A DNA stretch of 32,000 nt, from positions 330,001 through 362,000 of the forward strand of contig NC_006138.1 of assembly GCF_000025945.1 (NCBI RefSeq), in the 5' to 3' direction. A program made the position numbers and the translations under genes. The notes beneath the pieces are model-generated. The model was not told where the DNA came from. It saw only the letters and a program-made list of their open reading frames with translations, and did no database searches. Numbering within the stretch: the first letter of the stretch is position 1; each line of letters opens with the position of its first letter. This document shows, piece after piece, positions 1 through 8,569 of the stretch. The stretch comes from Desulfotalea psychrophila LSv54 (GTDB lineage: Bacteria > Desulfobacterota > Desulfobulbia > Desulfobulbales > Desulfocapsaceae).

Positions 1-64
1 TAACCGCCAAAAAGCGCCATATGCGCTCCCTGCTCTACATGGTAAGTATGTAATGTCGTTTTTT

Positions 65-574
65 TTACGTCTGTATTTTCCATCGAATAAGTCCCCTATG
101 TATGGTGGAAACAGGATATCGCCCCTCTCCTAAAGTGAGAGGGGTACCTTCAACGTTAAAGCTCTTATAAACAACGAAGGTCTCTACCTCGCCCACATTA
201 TCAATAGTGCAAACCTCATCATTATAAAATTCTAGCATGCTGAAGCCAGAGGTCAAGGCAACGGTGAGAATAAGATCATAACGGCCGGTGACAACACAGA
301 CAGAGATAACCCCCCGAAGTCTACTAAATTCCTCACCCTTCTTAACAAGGTTCATGTCCTTTACCCGGACACCAACCATGATAACGCTCTGCTCAGGCAT
401 GAGATCTGGATCAATAAGGCCGGTTATCTGAAGAACCCCTTCATCCTGCATCTTCTTTACCCGGGATCTGATTGTTCCCTCAGCAACGCTGAGATTTTCA
501 GCGATTTTTTTGTAGGCCATGCGTCCATCGCGAAGATGCTCAAGGATGGCAATATTTATTTTATCCAGTTTCAT
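65..574 (-). CDS. Lrp/AsnC family transcriptional regulator
   Basis: 169-aa ORF. N-terminal HTH (LDKINIAILEHLRDGRMAYKKIAENLSVAEGTIRSRVKKMQDEGV) is followed by an AsnC-type ligand-binding domain. It is divergent from lpdA across an AT-rich gap. Confidence 0.85.
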   Translation of the reverse strand: MKLDKINIAILEHLRDGRMAYKKIAENLSVAEGTIRSRVKKMQDEGVLQITGLIDPDLMPEQSVIMVGVRVKDMNLVKKGEEFSRLRGVISVCVVTGRYDLILTVALTSGFSMLEFYNDEVCTIDNVGEVETFVVYKSFNVEGTPLTLGEGRYPVSTIHRGLIRWKIQT

Positions 575-724
575 TTATTTATTATATTTTGAGAATTGAT
601 TTAAAAGGTCATTTTAGTATATATTGCTATTATACATATTTTTGAAGCATGAAAATACCTATTTCGTACTTTGATGCCGTGAATAACAGCATATTCCACA
701 ATAAACACTATGGGAACCACTGAG

Positions 725-2149
725 ATGAAAGTTAAAATTGTTGTTTTAGGAGCAGGACCTGGCGGATATGTAGCGGCAATACGAGCAGCGCAGCTTGGTG
801 GAGACGTCACTGTAATAGAAAAAGAAAATGTAGGTGGCACCTGTCTCAACTGGGGATGCATCCCTTCAAAAATATATAAGCAGAGCGCTGACACCCTTAA
901 CTCCATCAAAGATTCTGCAAGCTTTTGCATAGATGGGATCAGCGAAGGCAAACTCAACCTGGAGAGACTTCAAGAACGAACCAAGGGTATCATTGCCTCC
1001 CAATCTAAGGGCATCCACGGCCTCCTGGCAAAAAACTCCATCTCTTATATTGGGGGAGAGGCCAAGATGTCCGGTAGCCATAGCCTCTCTGTCACCAGGA
1101 AAGACGGCGAGACAGAGGAGGTGCAATTTGATAAGCTGATCATCGCCACCGGTAGCACACCGATGGCCCTCCCCTTCCTCCCCTTTGACGGAGACAGGAT
1201 ACTCTCCAGTGATCATATCTTTTCTCTTAAAGAAATACCAGAGTCCATTACTATTATAGGTGGCGGAGTCATTGGCTGTGAATTCGCCTGCATCCTGCAG
1301 AGCTTTGGCGTTGAGGTGACTCTGGTGGAAGGCCTTGAACGCCTCCTCCCCCTCCCCTCCGTTGAGGAGGAGTGTTCAAAGCTTCTTCTCCGGGAGATGA
1401 AGAAAAAGAAGATCAAGGTCGAGCTGAAGACAACCCTGGCCTCGGCAAGCCAAAAAAATGGTATGGTTCAGCTCAATCTGGTTAGCCAGGGGAAAAACGG
1501 TACAGAAAAAGCCAAACAGATAGAATCAGAAAAGGTACTGGTCTGCATCGGACGCAGGGCCAGTAGCGCCAGTTTGGATCTAGACCAGGCAGGCGTAGAG
1601 ACCACAAAGCGGGGCTGGATAAGCACCGGGGCCAACCTACAGACAACGGTTCCTCATATCTACGCCATTGGTGATGTGCTTGGCCCCGAACGAATCATGC
1701 TGGCCCATACTGCCTCAACCGAGGCGGAGATTGCGGCTGAAAATTGTTTTGGCGGCGCAGAAGAGATGAACTGGCAGGTAATGCCAAGTGCTATTTTCAC
1801 CATGCCCGAAATCGGTTGCGTGGGACTCTCCGAAGCCCAGGCCGCCGAACTGTACGGCAAGGAAAATATCCGGGCTGAAAGCAGTCTCTTCAGAACCTTG
1901 GGCAAGGCTCAGGTCATCGGCGAGTTAGCAGGAGTCACCAAGATAGTCTGTGCCAAAGAGGATGGAAAAATTCTTGGGATCCACATTGCCGGTGCCCATG
2001 CCACGGATCTCCTCGGCGAGGCCACCCTGGCCGTGAGCAACGGCATAACAGCGAAACAGCTCACTAAAACCATTCACGCCCATCCAACCCTTGCTGAGAT
2101 CCTTCTAGAAACCGCCTTTAAGATCGAGGACATGCCTCTACACGGCTAA
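725..2149 (+). CDS. lpdA: Dihydrolipoyl dehydrogenase (class I pyridine nucleotide-disulfide oxidoreductase)
   Basis: FAD-binding GAGPGGY, redox-active disulfide motif GGTCLNWGCIPSK, NAD-binding GGGVIGCEF and a C-terminal HAHPTL dimerisation motif. The ORF opens at 710, but the ATG at 725 (MKVKIVVLGAGPGG) has a GGGAA box upstream and gives the typical N-terminus. Confidence 0.9.
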   Translation: MKVKIVVLGAGPGGYVAAIRAAQLGGDVTVIEKENVGGTCLNWGCIPSKIYKQSADTLNSIKDSASFCIDGISEGKLNLERLQERTKGIIASQSKGIHGLLAKNSISYIGGEAKMSGSHSLSVTRKDGETEEVQFDKLIIATGSTPMALPFLPFDGDRILSSDHIFSLKEIPESITIIGGGVIGCEFACILQSFGVEVTLVEGLERLLPLPSVEEECSKLLLREMKKKKIKVELKTTLASASQKNGMVQLNLVSQGKNGTEKAKQIESEKVLVCIGRRASSASLDLDQAGVETTKRGWISTGANLQTTVPHIYAIGDVLGPERIMLAHTASTEAEIAAENCFGGAEEMNWQVMPSAIFTMPEIGCVGLSEAQAAELYGKENIRAESSLFRTLGKAQVIGELAGVTKIVCAKEDGKILGIHIAGAHATDLLGEATLAVSNGITAKQLTKTIHAHPTLAEILLETAFKIEDMPLHG

Positions 2150-2159
2150 GAGCTGCAGA

Positions 2160-2216
2160 GCAAAAAGCAAAAAGCAAAAAGGGGCCGGAACCGTTCGTAA
2201 ACAACGATTCCGGCCC
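2160..2216. terminator. Strong hairpin preceded by (GCAAAAA)x3; reads as an intrinsic terminator on the minus strand
   Basis: The 9-bp perfect stem GGGCCGGAA (2182-2190) / TTCCGGCCC (2208-2216) has an inner 4-bp stem CGTT/AACG. On the minus strand the stem is followed by CUUUUUGCUUUUUGCUUUUUGC. On the plus strand, 33 nt after the lpdA stop, there is no U-tract. Confidence 0.5.
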
Positions 2217-2591
2217 ACCCCACAATGGCACCAGCCAGCCCCGCAGGTAATCGCCACACCTCCACCTCATCATCACCACTCCCCTTAATAACAGCGCTGG
2301 CACTCCCCCTCCACAAACAACGAAATGACATCCATCGGCAAAGTAACTCTGGCAATGATCGCGCCAAAAAAGCAGCTCAACAAAGAGAGGCCACTCCTCC
2401 AGAGTTAGCAAAAAAAACGGCAAAGCTTGGCCTTAGGGTAGATTTCATTTTCCATAGCCCATATAATGTTACTGAATATGGGAGAGGAGCAAATATCCGC
2501 CAATGCCCCCCTCAGACCGAGAGAAGAGATGGGCGATATCAACCAGAGGTGCAACTCCATCTATTAAAAAACAGTTAAGCAAGGAGTAGAA

Positions 2592-2954
2592 ATGACCCCA
2601 ATATATGGTAGAGATGCTGAGCTGACAGGTTGGTATGATGGCATGAATATATTTAGTCTGGATCTGGACTGGTTAGCATTTCACAATGATGGCAATCTAT
2701 TTTCAGCCCACAATCTAAAGTGGCTTGGCCCCGTTGATGACGGCTTATTCTTAGACAGAGAGGGCAAGCCGGTAGCCTGGATTGAAGATTGTACCCCTTC
2801 CACCTCCACCAAGCCTATCAAACCGCCCCCACCCTCACCCCCGGCAAAACCCTTCAAACCACTCCAACCCATAGATCCAACAAAACCGCTAAAAGCTCTT
2901 ATAATCCAAGATGGGTGGTCGACTCTTACATGGCAACAGTGGCTCAAGGCCTAA
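2592..2954 (+). CDS. Hypothetical protein, '4-fold beta flower'-like N-domain with proline-rich tail
   Basis: AAGGAG Shine-Dalgarno lies 6 nt upstream of the ATG. The N-terminal half has short beta-repeat-like segments (GWYDGMNIFSLD..., GLFLDREGKPVAWIED). It is followed by PIKPPPPSPPAKPFKPLQPIDPTKP and a W-rich end (GWSTLTWQQWL). The family match is from memory only. Confidence 0.6.
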   Translation: MTPIYGRDAELTGWYDGMNIFSLDLDWLAFHNDGNLFSAHNLKWLGPVDDGLFLDREGKPVAWIEDCTPSTSTKPIKPPPPSPPAKPFKPLQPIDPTKPLKALIIQDGWSTLTWQQWLKA

Positions 2955-3074
2955 GCAGAACAGGCCAGCAAGGCCAGCCTATCTCCGTTCACAGGCTACG
3001 AACGAGAGAAACAGGAGTTTATCAAAAAAATAATTACCTTAATCTCCCCTATTTGAAACTTACGAGATCTCTCT

Positions 3075-4298
3075 ATGACTCCTTCCACCTTTGAACCCCT
3101 CCTCATCCTCGGTCTTGTTTTAGTTACCGGATATTTCGCCGGTAGAGCCGCAAATTTTTTCGGCCTGCCACGGATAAGCGGATATATCGTCAGCGGTCTT
3201 ATTTTTTCTCCTTCAGTCAGCGGCATTATCTCTTTTCAACAAATTGACCATCTCTTTAGCTTCACATCCGAAATAGCCCTGGCCTTTATCGCCTATTCCA
3301 TAGGCGGAAGCCTTCTCATGTCCCGGGTTCGTGGACTGGGAAAAGAAATTCTATGGATAACCCTGACCCAGGGCCTTGGTGCCTTTATCTGTACCTGTCT
3401 TACCGTTTACGCCGTGCGGGACTTCCTACCAGCCTCTATAGGTGAAAGCGGGAACACATTCCTGTCTGTGATCCTTATCCTGGGAAGTATTTCAGCTGCA
3501 ACCGCCCCGGCAGCAACCATGGCGATAATACATGAGCTTCGAGCCAAAGGCCCCCTGACCACCACCCTGCTTGGGGTTGTCGCACTCGATGATGCCCTGA
3601 CTATCATCATCTTTTCCGGGGCGATCACCATCGCCAGCCAGTTATTATTGGGCCAGACAGACAACTCTCTTATTATGCAGGGCATTACAACCGTTGCCGG
3701 GGCCATAGCAATTGGTCTTATCGGCGGACTCATCTTCAAAAATTTCCTTGATCCGGCAAAGCACACCGAGAGCAACCTCATGCTCACCCTTGGGGCAATA
3801 TTTCTGATCAGCGGCTCAGCAGACAGGTTCGGTTTTTCCCCACTCCTGGCAAATATGGTTATGGGCTTTGTCATTATCAACAGGGTCAAACACGCTGAAG
3901 ACCTGTTCCATAAAGTGGACACTATTAAGGAGACGATTTTCTGCCTGTTCTTTACCCTGGCGGCGGCCCATTTTGATCCCAGCGTGTTTGCCTCATCCGC
4001 CTTCCTCGGCATCGTCCTCCTGATCGGGCGATTCAGTGGCAAACTTATCGGCACCTTTCTTGGCGGTAAAATCTCTAAGGCCTCACCCCAGATATATAAA
4101 AACCTTGGCATGGCCCTTTTACCGAAGGCCGGCCTCTCTCTGGGGCTCATACTTCTCGCCAAACCGATATTGTCGGCAGAAATTTTCGATCTACTGCTCA
4201 ATGCAATGCTGGTCTCAATTACCCTCAATGAAATTATTTCGCCACCACTGGCAAAATGGGCAATTACGCGGGCAGGCGAAGCCAATCCTGACAGGTGA
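3075..4298 (+). CDS. Cation:proton antiporter (Na+/H+ exchanger, CPA-type) membrane protein
   Basis: 407-aa polytopic hydrophobic protein with about 11-12 predicted TM segments and Kef/NapA-like sequence flavour (VALDDALTIIIF, LPKAGLSLGL). Its stop overlaps the start of the next gene (GTGA). Confidence 0.8.
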   Translation: MTPSTFEPLLILGLVLVTGYFAGRAANFFGLPRISGYIVSGLIFSPSVSGIISFQQIDHLFSFTSEIALAFIAYSIGGSLLMSRVRGLGKEILWITLTQGLGAFICTCLTVYAVRDFLPASIGESGNTFLSVILILGSISAATAPAATMAIIHELRAKGPLTTTLLGVVALDDALTIIIFSGAITIASQLLLGQTDNSLIMQGITTVAGAIAIGLIGGLIFKNFLDPAKHTESNLMLTLGAIFLISGSADRFGFSPLLANMVMGFVIINRVKHAEDLFHKVDTIKETIFCLFFTLAAAHFDPSVFASSAFLGIVLLIGRFSGKLIGTFLGGKISKASPQIYKNLGMALLPKAGLSLGLILLAKPILSAEIFDLLLNAMLVSITLNEIISPPLAKWAITRAGEANPDR

Positions 4299-7054
4299 GC
4301 CAAAGGGACGCAATGAAAACCACTCAATCTTGGCACGACAAAACCTGCGAACAAAGCCTAGCTGAACTGAAAACAGGGACCGCAGGTTTGGATGAGATCG
4401 AGGCGAAACAACGACTCTCCAATTTTGGCCCTAATCGGTTGACGGAACCGGCACGACGTCATGTCCTCCTCCGTTTTTTGCACCACTTTCACAACATCCT
4501 CATCTACGTTCTCCTCATTGCCGCCGGCATTACCACCCTGCTCGACCGCCTGCTTAATACATTTGTGATCATTGCCGTGGTGATTATCAACGCCATCATC
4601 GGTTTTTTACAGGAGGGCAAAGCAGAGACGGCCATGGAGGCTATACGGCATATGCTGGCTCTACGTGCAGCCGTTATTCGCGGCGGCAGACGACAAACCA
4701 TAGTGGGCGAAGAGTTGGTCCCCGGTGACATTGTCTTGCTGGAAGCTGGCGACAAGGTGCCAGCTGATTTGCGCCTGCTCACCAGCCACGGTTTACAGAT
4801 CCAGGAATCCATTCTCACCGGCGAGTCCATGGCCGCTACAAAACAGACAGAGCCCGTCGCGAAAGGCGCACCGCTTGGCGACCGTTCCTCCATGGCCTAT
4901 AGCGGCACAACCGTCGTCTCTGGACAGGCAATGGGGGTGGTGGTTGCCACCGGCGGAGAGACGGAGATCGGACGCATCAGTGTCCTGCTCGCGCGAGTGG
5001 AGATGCTGACCACTCCCCTGGTAGCCAAGATGGAGGTCTTCGCTAAGTGGCTTACCCTCTTCATCCTTACCTTGGCAAGCCTGATTCTTCTCGTCGGCTA
5101 CTTTGTCCTCCATCAGGACTTTACCGATCTGTTCATGGCGGTAGTAGGTCTCTCTGTCGCGGCCATACCAGAGGGATTGCCGGCAGTGCTGACCATCACT
5201 CTGGCCATGGGAGTGCAGATCATGGCGCGCCATAATGCCATTATTCGCCTTCTGCCGGCCATCGAAACCCTGGGATCAATATCTGTGATCTGTTCCGACA
5301 AGACGGGTACCTTTACCCGTAATGAAATGAAAGTGGCTTCGGTGATCACCAGCCGGAACCACTTCAATGTCGACGGATCAGGCTATGAACCAGCGGGAGA
5401 TATTAGGCTGGAAGAGCAGACTGTCACCATTGCCAATCATCCAGCACTGCTGGATCTAGGCCGGACGGCAGCGCTTTGCAACAACGCTGTCCTGACAAGA
5501 GTAGCTGAAACATGGCAGGTTGAAGGCGATCCTATGGAGGGTGCCCTGCTGGCCTTTGCCGGAAAAACCGGCTTTGATGATCACAAGGCGCACATTGAAT
5601 GGACATGCACCGACATGATACCCTTCGACGCCGAACATAAGTTCATGGCCACCCTCAACCACGACCATAAAAACAAGGCCGCTATCTTCGTCAAGGGTGC
5701 CCCGGAGAAGGTGCTTACCATGTGCCGGAAACAGGGGCTTAGTGCAAGCGAAACAGAACCACTGGATCATGACTACTGGGAAGAGCAGGCCCAGTTCATT
5801 GCAAGCCAGGGCCAGCGCGTACTTGCCCTGGCAGCCAAGCCAATGAAACCGGAGCATATGGTACTGGCACATGCAGATATAGAGGATTCACTGATATTTC
5901 TGGGACTGGTTGGCCTCATGGACCCGCCGCGGCCAGAGGCAATTATGGCGGTGGCTGAATGCCACCTTGCCAGCATTGAGGTGAAGATGATCACCGGTGA
6001 TCATGCGGCAACAGCAGTCGCCATCGGCAACCAACTCGGACTAAGAAACACCAACAGGGTACTGACCGGGGCAGAGCTGGACACACTTGACGAAGCAACG
6101 CTTGCGGCAAGAGTCAGTAAAATCGGGATCTTTGCCCGCACCAGCCCGGAGCATAAATTACGACTGGTAATGGCCCTACAGGCCAATGGCATGACCGTAG
6201 CCATGACCGGAGACGGGGTTAATGATGCACCAGCACTCAAACGCGCCGATGTAGGCATATCCATGGGTAAGAACGGTAGCGAAGCAGCCAAGGAGGCGGC
6301 AGAAATTGTCCTGACCGATGACAATTTCGCCTCTATTGTTGCAGCGATACGCGAGGGACGAAGGGTCCACGACAATATAAAGAAGGTAATAAACTGGACC
6401 CTACCGACCAATGCCGCCGAGGCCCTGACCATCGTTCTGGCCCTAATGCTGGGGATGACCCTGCCCATCACCCCGATCCTCATCCTCTGGGTGAACACCA
6501 TCACTGCGGTGACCTTGGGTATCGCCCTGGCCTTTGAACCGACAGAAAAAAAAGTCATGCTCCGTCCGCCCCGACCCCACGGTGAACCGCTCTTGAGTGG
6601 CGAACTGCTATGGCATGTCGCCCTGGTGGCGAGTCTATTTCTGATTGGGGTATTTGGCATCTTCAACTACGCCATTGAACGCGGCTACTCTGTGAATCTG
6701 GCCCGGACCATTGCCATGAATACACTTGTGATGCTGGAAACATTTCAGCTTTTTTTCATCCGCAATATGCATGTAACCTCACTCAGCTGGAAGGCAGTAC
6801 GCGGAACAAAGGCAGTATGGATAGCGGTCAGCACCGTCATCCTTGGCCAATTTGCCATCACCTATTTACCATGGTTACAAATGGTGTTCGAAACTGAGGA
6901 GATAGCGTTATTGGATCTCTTTCTGATAATCGGCATAGGCGCACTGACCTTTATCGCTATCGAGATCGAAAAGCAGATACGTCTTCGCCTGTACAGAGAG
7001 TTCACCCTGGTTGGCATCTTCAAAAAAATATATCGGAAATTTAGCATGATGTAA
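4295..7054 (+). CDS. Cation-transporting P-type ATPase (type II, Ca2+/Mg2+/Na+-like)
   Basis: TGES actuator motif, phosphorylation motif CSDKTGTFT, KGAPE, MITGDH and hinge motif TGDGVNDAPALKRADVGISMG, with about 10 TM segments. A GTG start at 4295 overlaps the antiporter stop. An alternative ATG lies at 4313. Confidence 0.9.
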   Translation: MSQRDAMKTTQSWHDKTCEQSLAELKTGTAGLDEIEAKQRLSNFGPNRLTEPARRHVLLRFLHHFHNILIYVLLIAAGITTLLDRLLNTFVIIAVVIINAIIGFLQEGKAETAMEAIRHMLALRAAVIRGGRRQTIVGEELVPGDIVLLEAGDKVPADLRLLTSHGLQIQESILTGESMAATKQTEPVAKGAPLGDRSSMAYSGTTVVSGQAMGVVVATGGETEIGRISVLLARVEMLTTPLVAKMEVFAKWLTLFILTLASLILLVGYFVLHQDFTDLFMAVVGLSVAAIPEGLPAVLTITLAMGVQIMARHNAIIRLLPAIETLGSISVICSDKTGTFTRNEMKVASVITSRNHFNVDGSGYEPAGDIRLEEQTVTIANHPALLDLGRTAALCNNAVLTRVAETWQVEGDPMEGALLAFAGKTGFDDHKAHIEWTCTDMIPFDAEHKFMATLNHDHKNKAAIFVKGAPEKVLTMCRKQGLSASETEPLDHDYWEEQAQFIASQGQRVLALAAKPMKPEHMVLAHADIEDSLIFLGLVGLMDPPRPEAIMAVAECHLASIEVKMITGDHAATAVAIGNQLGLRNTNRVLTGAELDTLDEATLAARVSKIGIFARTSPEHKLRLVMALQANGMTVAMTGDGVNDAPALKRADVGISMGKNGSEAAKEAAEIVLTDDNFASIVAAIREGRRVHDNIKKVINWTLPTNAAEALTIVLALMLGMTLPITPILILWVNTITAVTLGIALAFEPTEKKVMLRPPRPHGEPLLSGELLWHVALVASLFLIGVFGIFNYAIERGYSVNLARTIAMNTLVMLETFQLFFIRNMHVTSLSWKAVRGTKAVWIAVSTVILGQFAITYLPWLQMVFETEEIALLDLFLIIGIGALTFIAIEIEKQIRLRLYREFTLVGIFKKIYRKFSMM

Positions 7055-7244
7055 GCTTGCCATTGCAGAAAGAGAGAGGATCTTAAATCAGTACATTCTG
7101 CAACCAATGAGCCAGCAAGCTCTACCAGAAAAAAAACTGGCGCGGGTAAATCCTCTTAAAAACAGATTTTGAGCATCTCACTGAGGTGGAACAAGACAAA
7201 TCATTCACATTGACCTAACAGCATAGTTTTTTTTGGAGAAAATA

Positions 7245-8387
7245 ATGAGCGACAAAGACATCACCTGCCCCAAGTGTTCACACCAACAAAACAGTGAGGC
7301 AGAATGCGAGTCCTGCGGTATTATTTTCGCAAAGCATCAACTCTTTCTTGAAAAGAAAAAGGCGACAGCAGAGGCGCAAGAGATTCCACTCCCTGAGAGA
7401 AAAAGAGAGGTCAGCGGCCCTTCATTTACCATCCTGATCCTCCTTCTGGTCTTATGTACTGCCGCCACCACCTATTATTTTGTAAAACCAAGGGCCACCG
7501 CCCCGCCGCCAACTATCACAGCCAGCGAAAGCAGAACTGTAAAACCTGCGTCCACAGGTAAAATTACCCGACAAGAGCTTGCTCCCCTAACCAATTTGAC
7601 AACAACAGATGCTATTGCCAGGGCCCTACGGGCGACGGTACAGATACGGACAGCATGGAGTACCGGCTCCGGTTTTTTCCTCACCGATAGTTTTATTATC
7701 ACCAATCGGCATGTGGTAAAAGCCGTAAAACAGGACTTTTCGGAGCAGCGAAGAAATATCAACAATACAAGAAAACTGGTGGAGCTTGAAAAGCAGAAGA
7801 TACGCAATCTCCATGCACGGCTGAAAAAGATGGCCAAGGGCCCGGGACGCGAACAGCTAAAAATTATTATTGCAGAACATGAACGCCAACTTGCCCTGGT
7901 ACTCCCAAAACTTTCACAGAAAGAAAACGAATTAAAAAATTTGGAAAAGGCAGTGACAGAGAGAGGTGACATTGTTGTCTATATGGCCGATGGTAGCAAA
8001 CACACTGGATATCTCACCCAGGTAAGTGACCACTATGACTTAGCTCTTCTTTCTATCTTTTCCGTCGAGCATGGCAAAATCCCCCTAGCGCCAGCGGGCT
8101 CAAAGCTCCAACAGGGAGATAAGGTTTATACTATAGGCAGCCCCGTCGGCCTACAAAACACTGTTACTGCAGGCATTTTCTCTGGCTACAGAAGAGCAGA
8201 TGACAGTAAAAAAATATATCTGCAGACAGATGCGGCAATTAATCCAGGAAATAGCGGTGGGCCGCTCATTGACGAAAACGGTCATATTCGTGGCATAAAC
8301 ACCATGGTTCTAAAAAATACAGAGGGTATTGGCTTCGCCATTCCCATTGAAAAGGTTTATGAGGATTTTGGTTCAGTCCTTTACTAA
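7245..8387 (+). CDS. Membrane-anchored trypsin-like (S1C/HtrA-like) serine protease with N-terminal zinc ribbon, no PDZ
   Basis: CPKC...CESC zinc ribbon, one TM (FTILILLLVLCTAATTYYFV), catalytic His (ITNRHVV), Asp (YDLALLSI) and Ser (NPGNSGGPL). GGAG lies 6 nt before the ATG at 7245; the track ORF opens at a TTG at 7233. Confidence 0.85.
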   Translation: MSDKDITCPKCSHQQNSEAECESCGIIFAKHQLFLEKKKATAEAQEIPLPERKREVSGPSFTILILLLVLCTAATTYYFVKPRATAPPPTITASESRTVKPASTGKITRQELAPLTNLTTTDAIARALRATVQIRTAWSTGSGFFLTDSFIITNRHVVKAVKQDFSEQRRNINNTRKLVELEKQKIRNLHARLKKMAKGPGREQLKIIIAEHERQLALVLPKLSQKENELKNLEKAVTERGDIVVYMADGSKHTGYLTQVSDHYDLALLSIFSVEHGKIPLAPAGSKLQQGDKVYTIGSPVGLQNTVTAGIFSGYRRADDSKKIYLQTDAAINPGNSGGPLIDENGHIRGINTMVLKNTEGIGFAIPIEKVYEDFGSVLY

Positions 8388-8569
8388 ACAATTAGCTTAA
8401 CAGCTGGCCATGCGTCCGAGTTGAAGGAGGGGCATGAAACTAGCTGGCAAGATGTACAACAAAATACAATTATTCACAGTTATCTCCCCTAGGCAGTAGC
8501 TTAAATCAGCAAACAGCTTCTAACAAACAGATCTATTCCCCCCCCGAAATCCATCCCTATGGAGGAAGT

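Noticed and set aside
2118-2578. ORFs 2225..2578 (+), 2118..2423 (-) and 2146..2367 (-) in the lpdA-downstream gap.
   Set aside because: They have no RBS and low-complexity Pro/Ser/Arg-rich products, and they overlap one another and the hairpin. I treat the region as non-coding or a possible sRNA locus instead.
3407-4354. 315-aa minus-strand ORF antisense to the cation/H+ antiporter.
   Set aside because: It lies entirely within a strongly supported plus-strand membrane-protein gene. Its product is Arg/Ser/Pro/Ala-rich low-complexity sequence typical of shadow ORFs, with no motifs.
6001-6666. 221-aa minus-strand ORF, plus several 60-146-aa ORFs at 4504-5994, antisense to the P-type ATPase.
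   Set aside because: These are shadow ORFs inside a gene with all canonical P-type motifs. No RBS and no recognisable domains.
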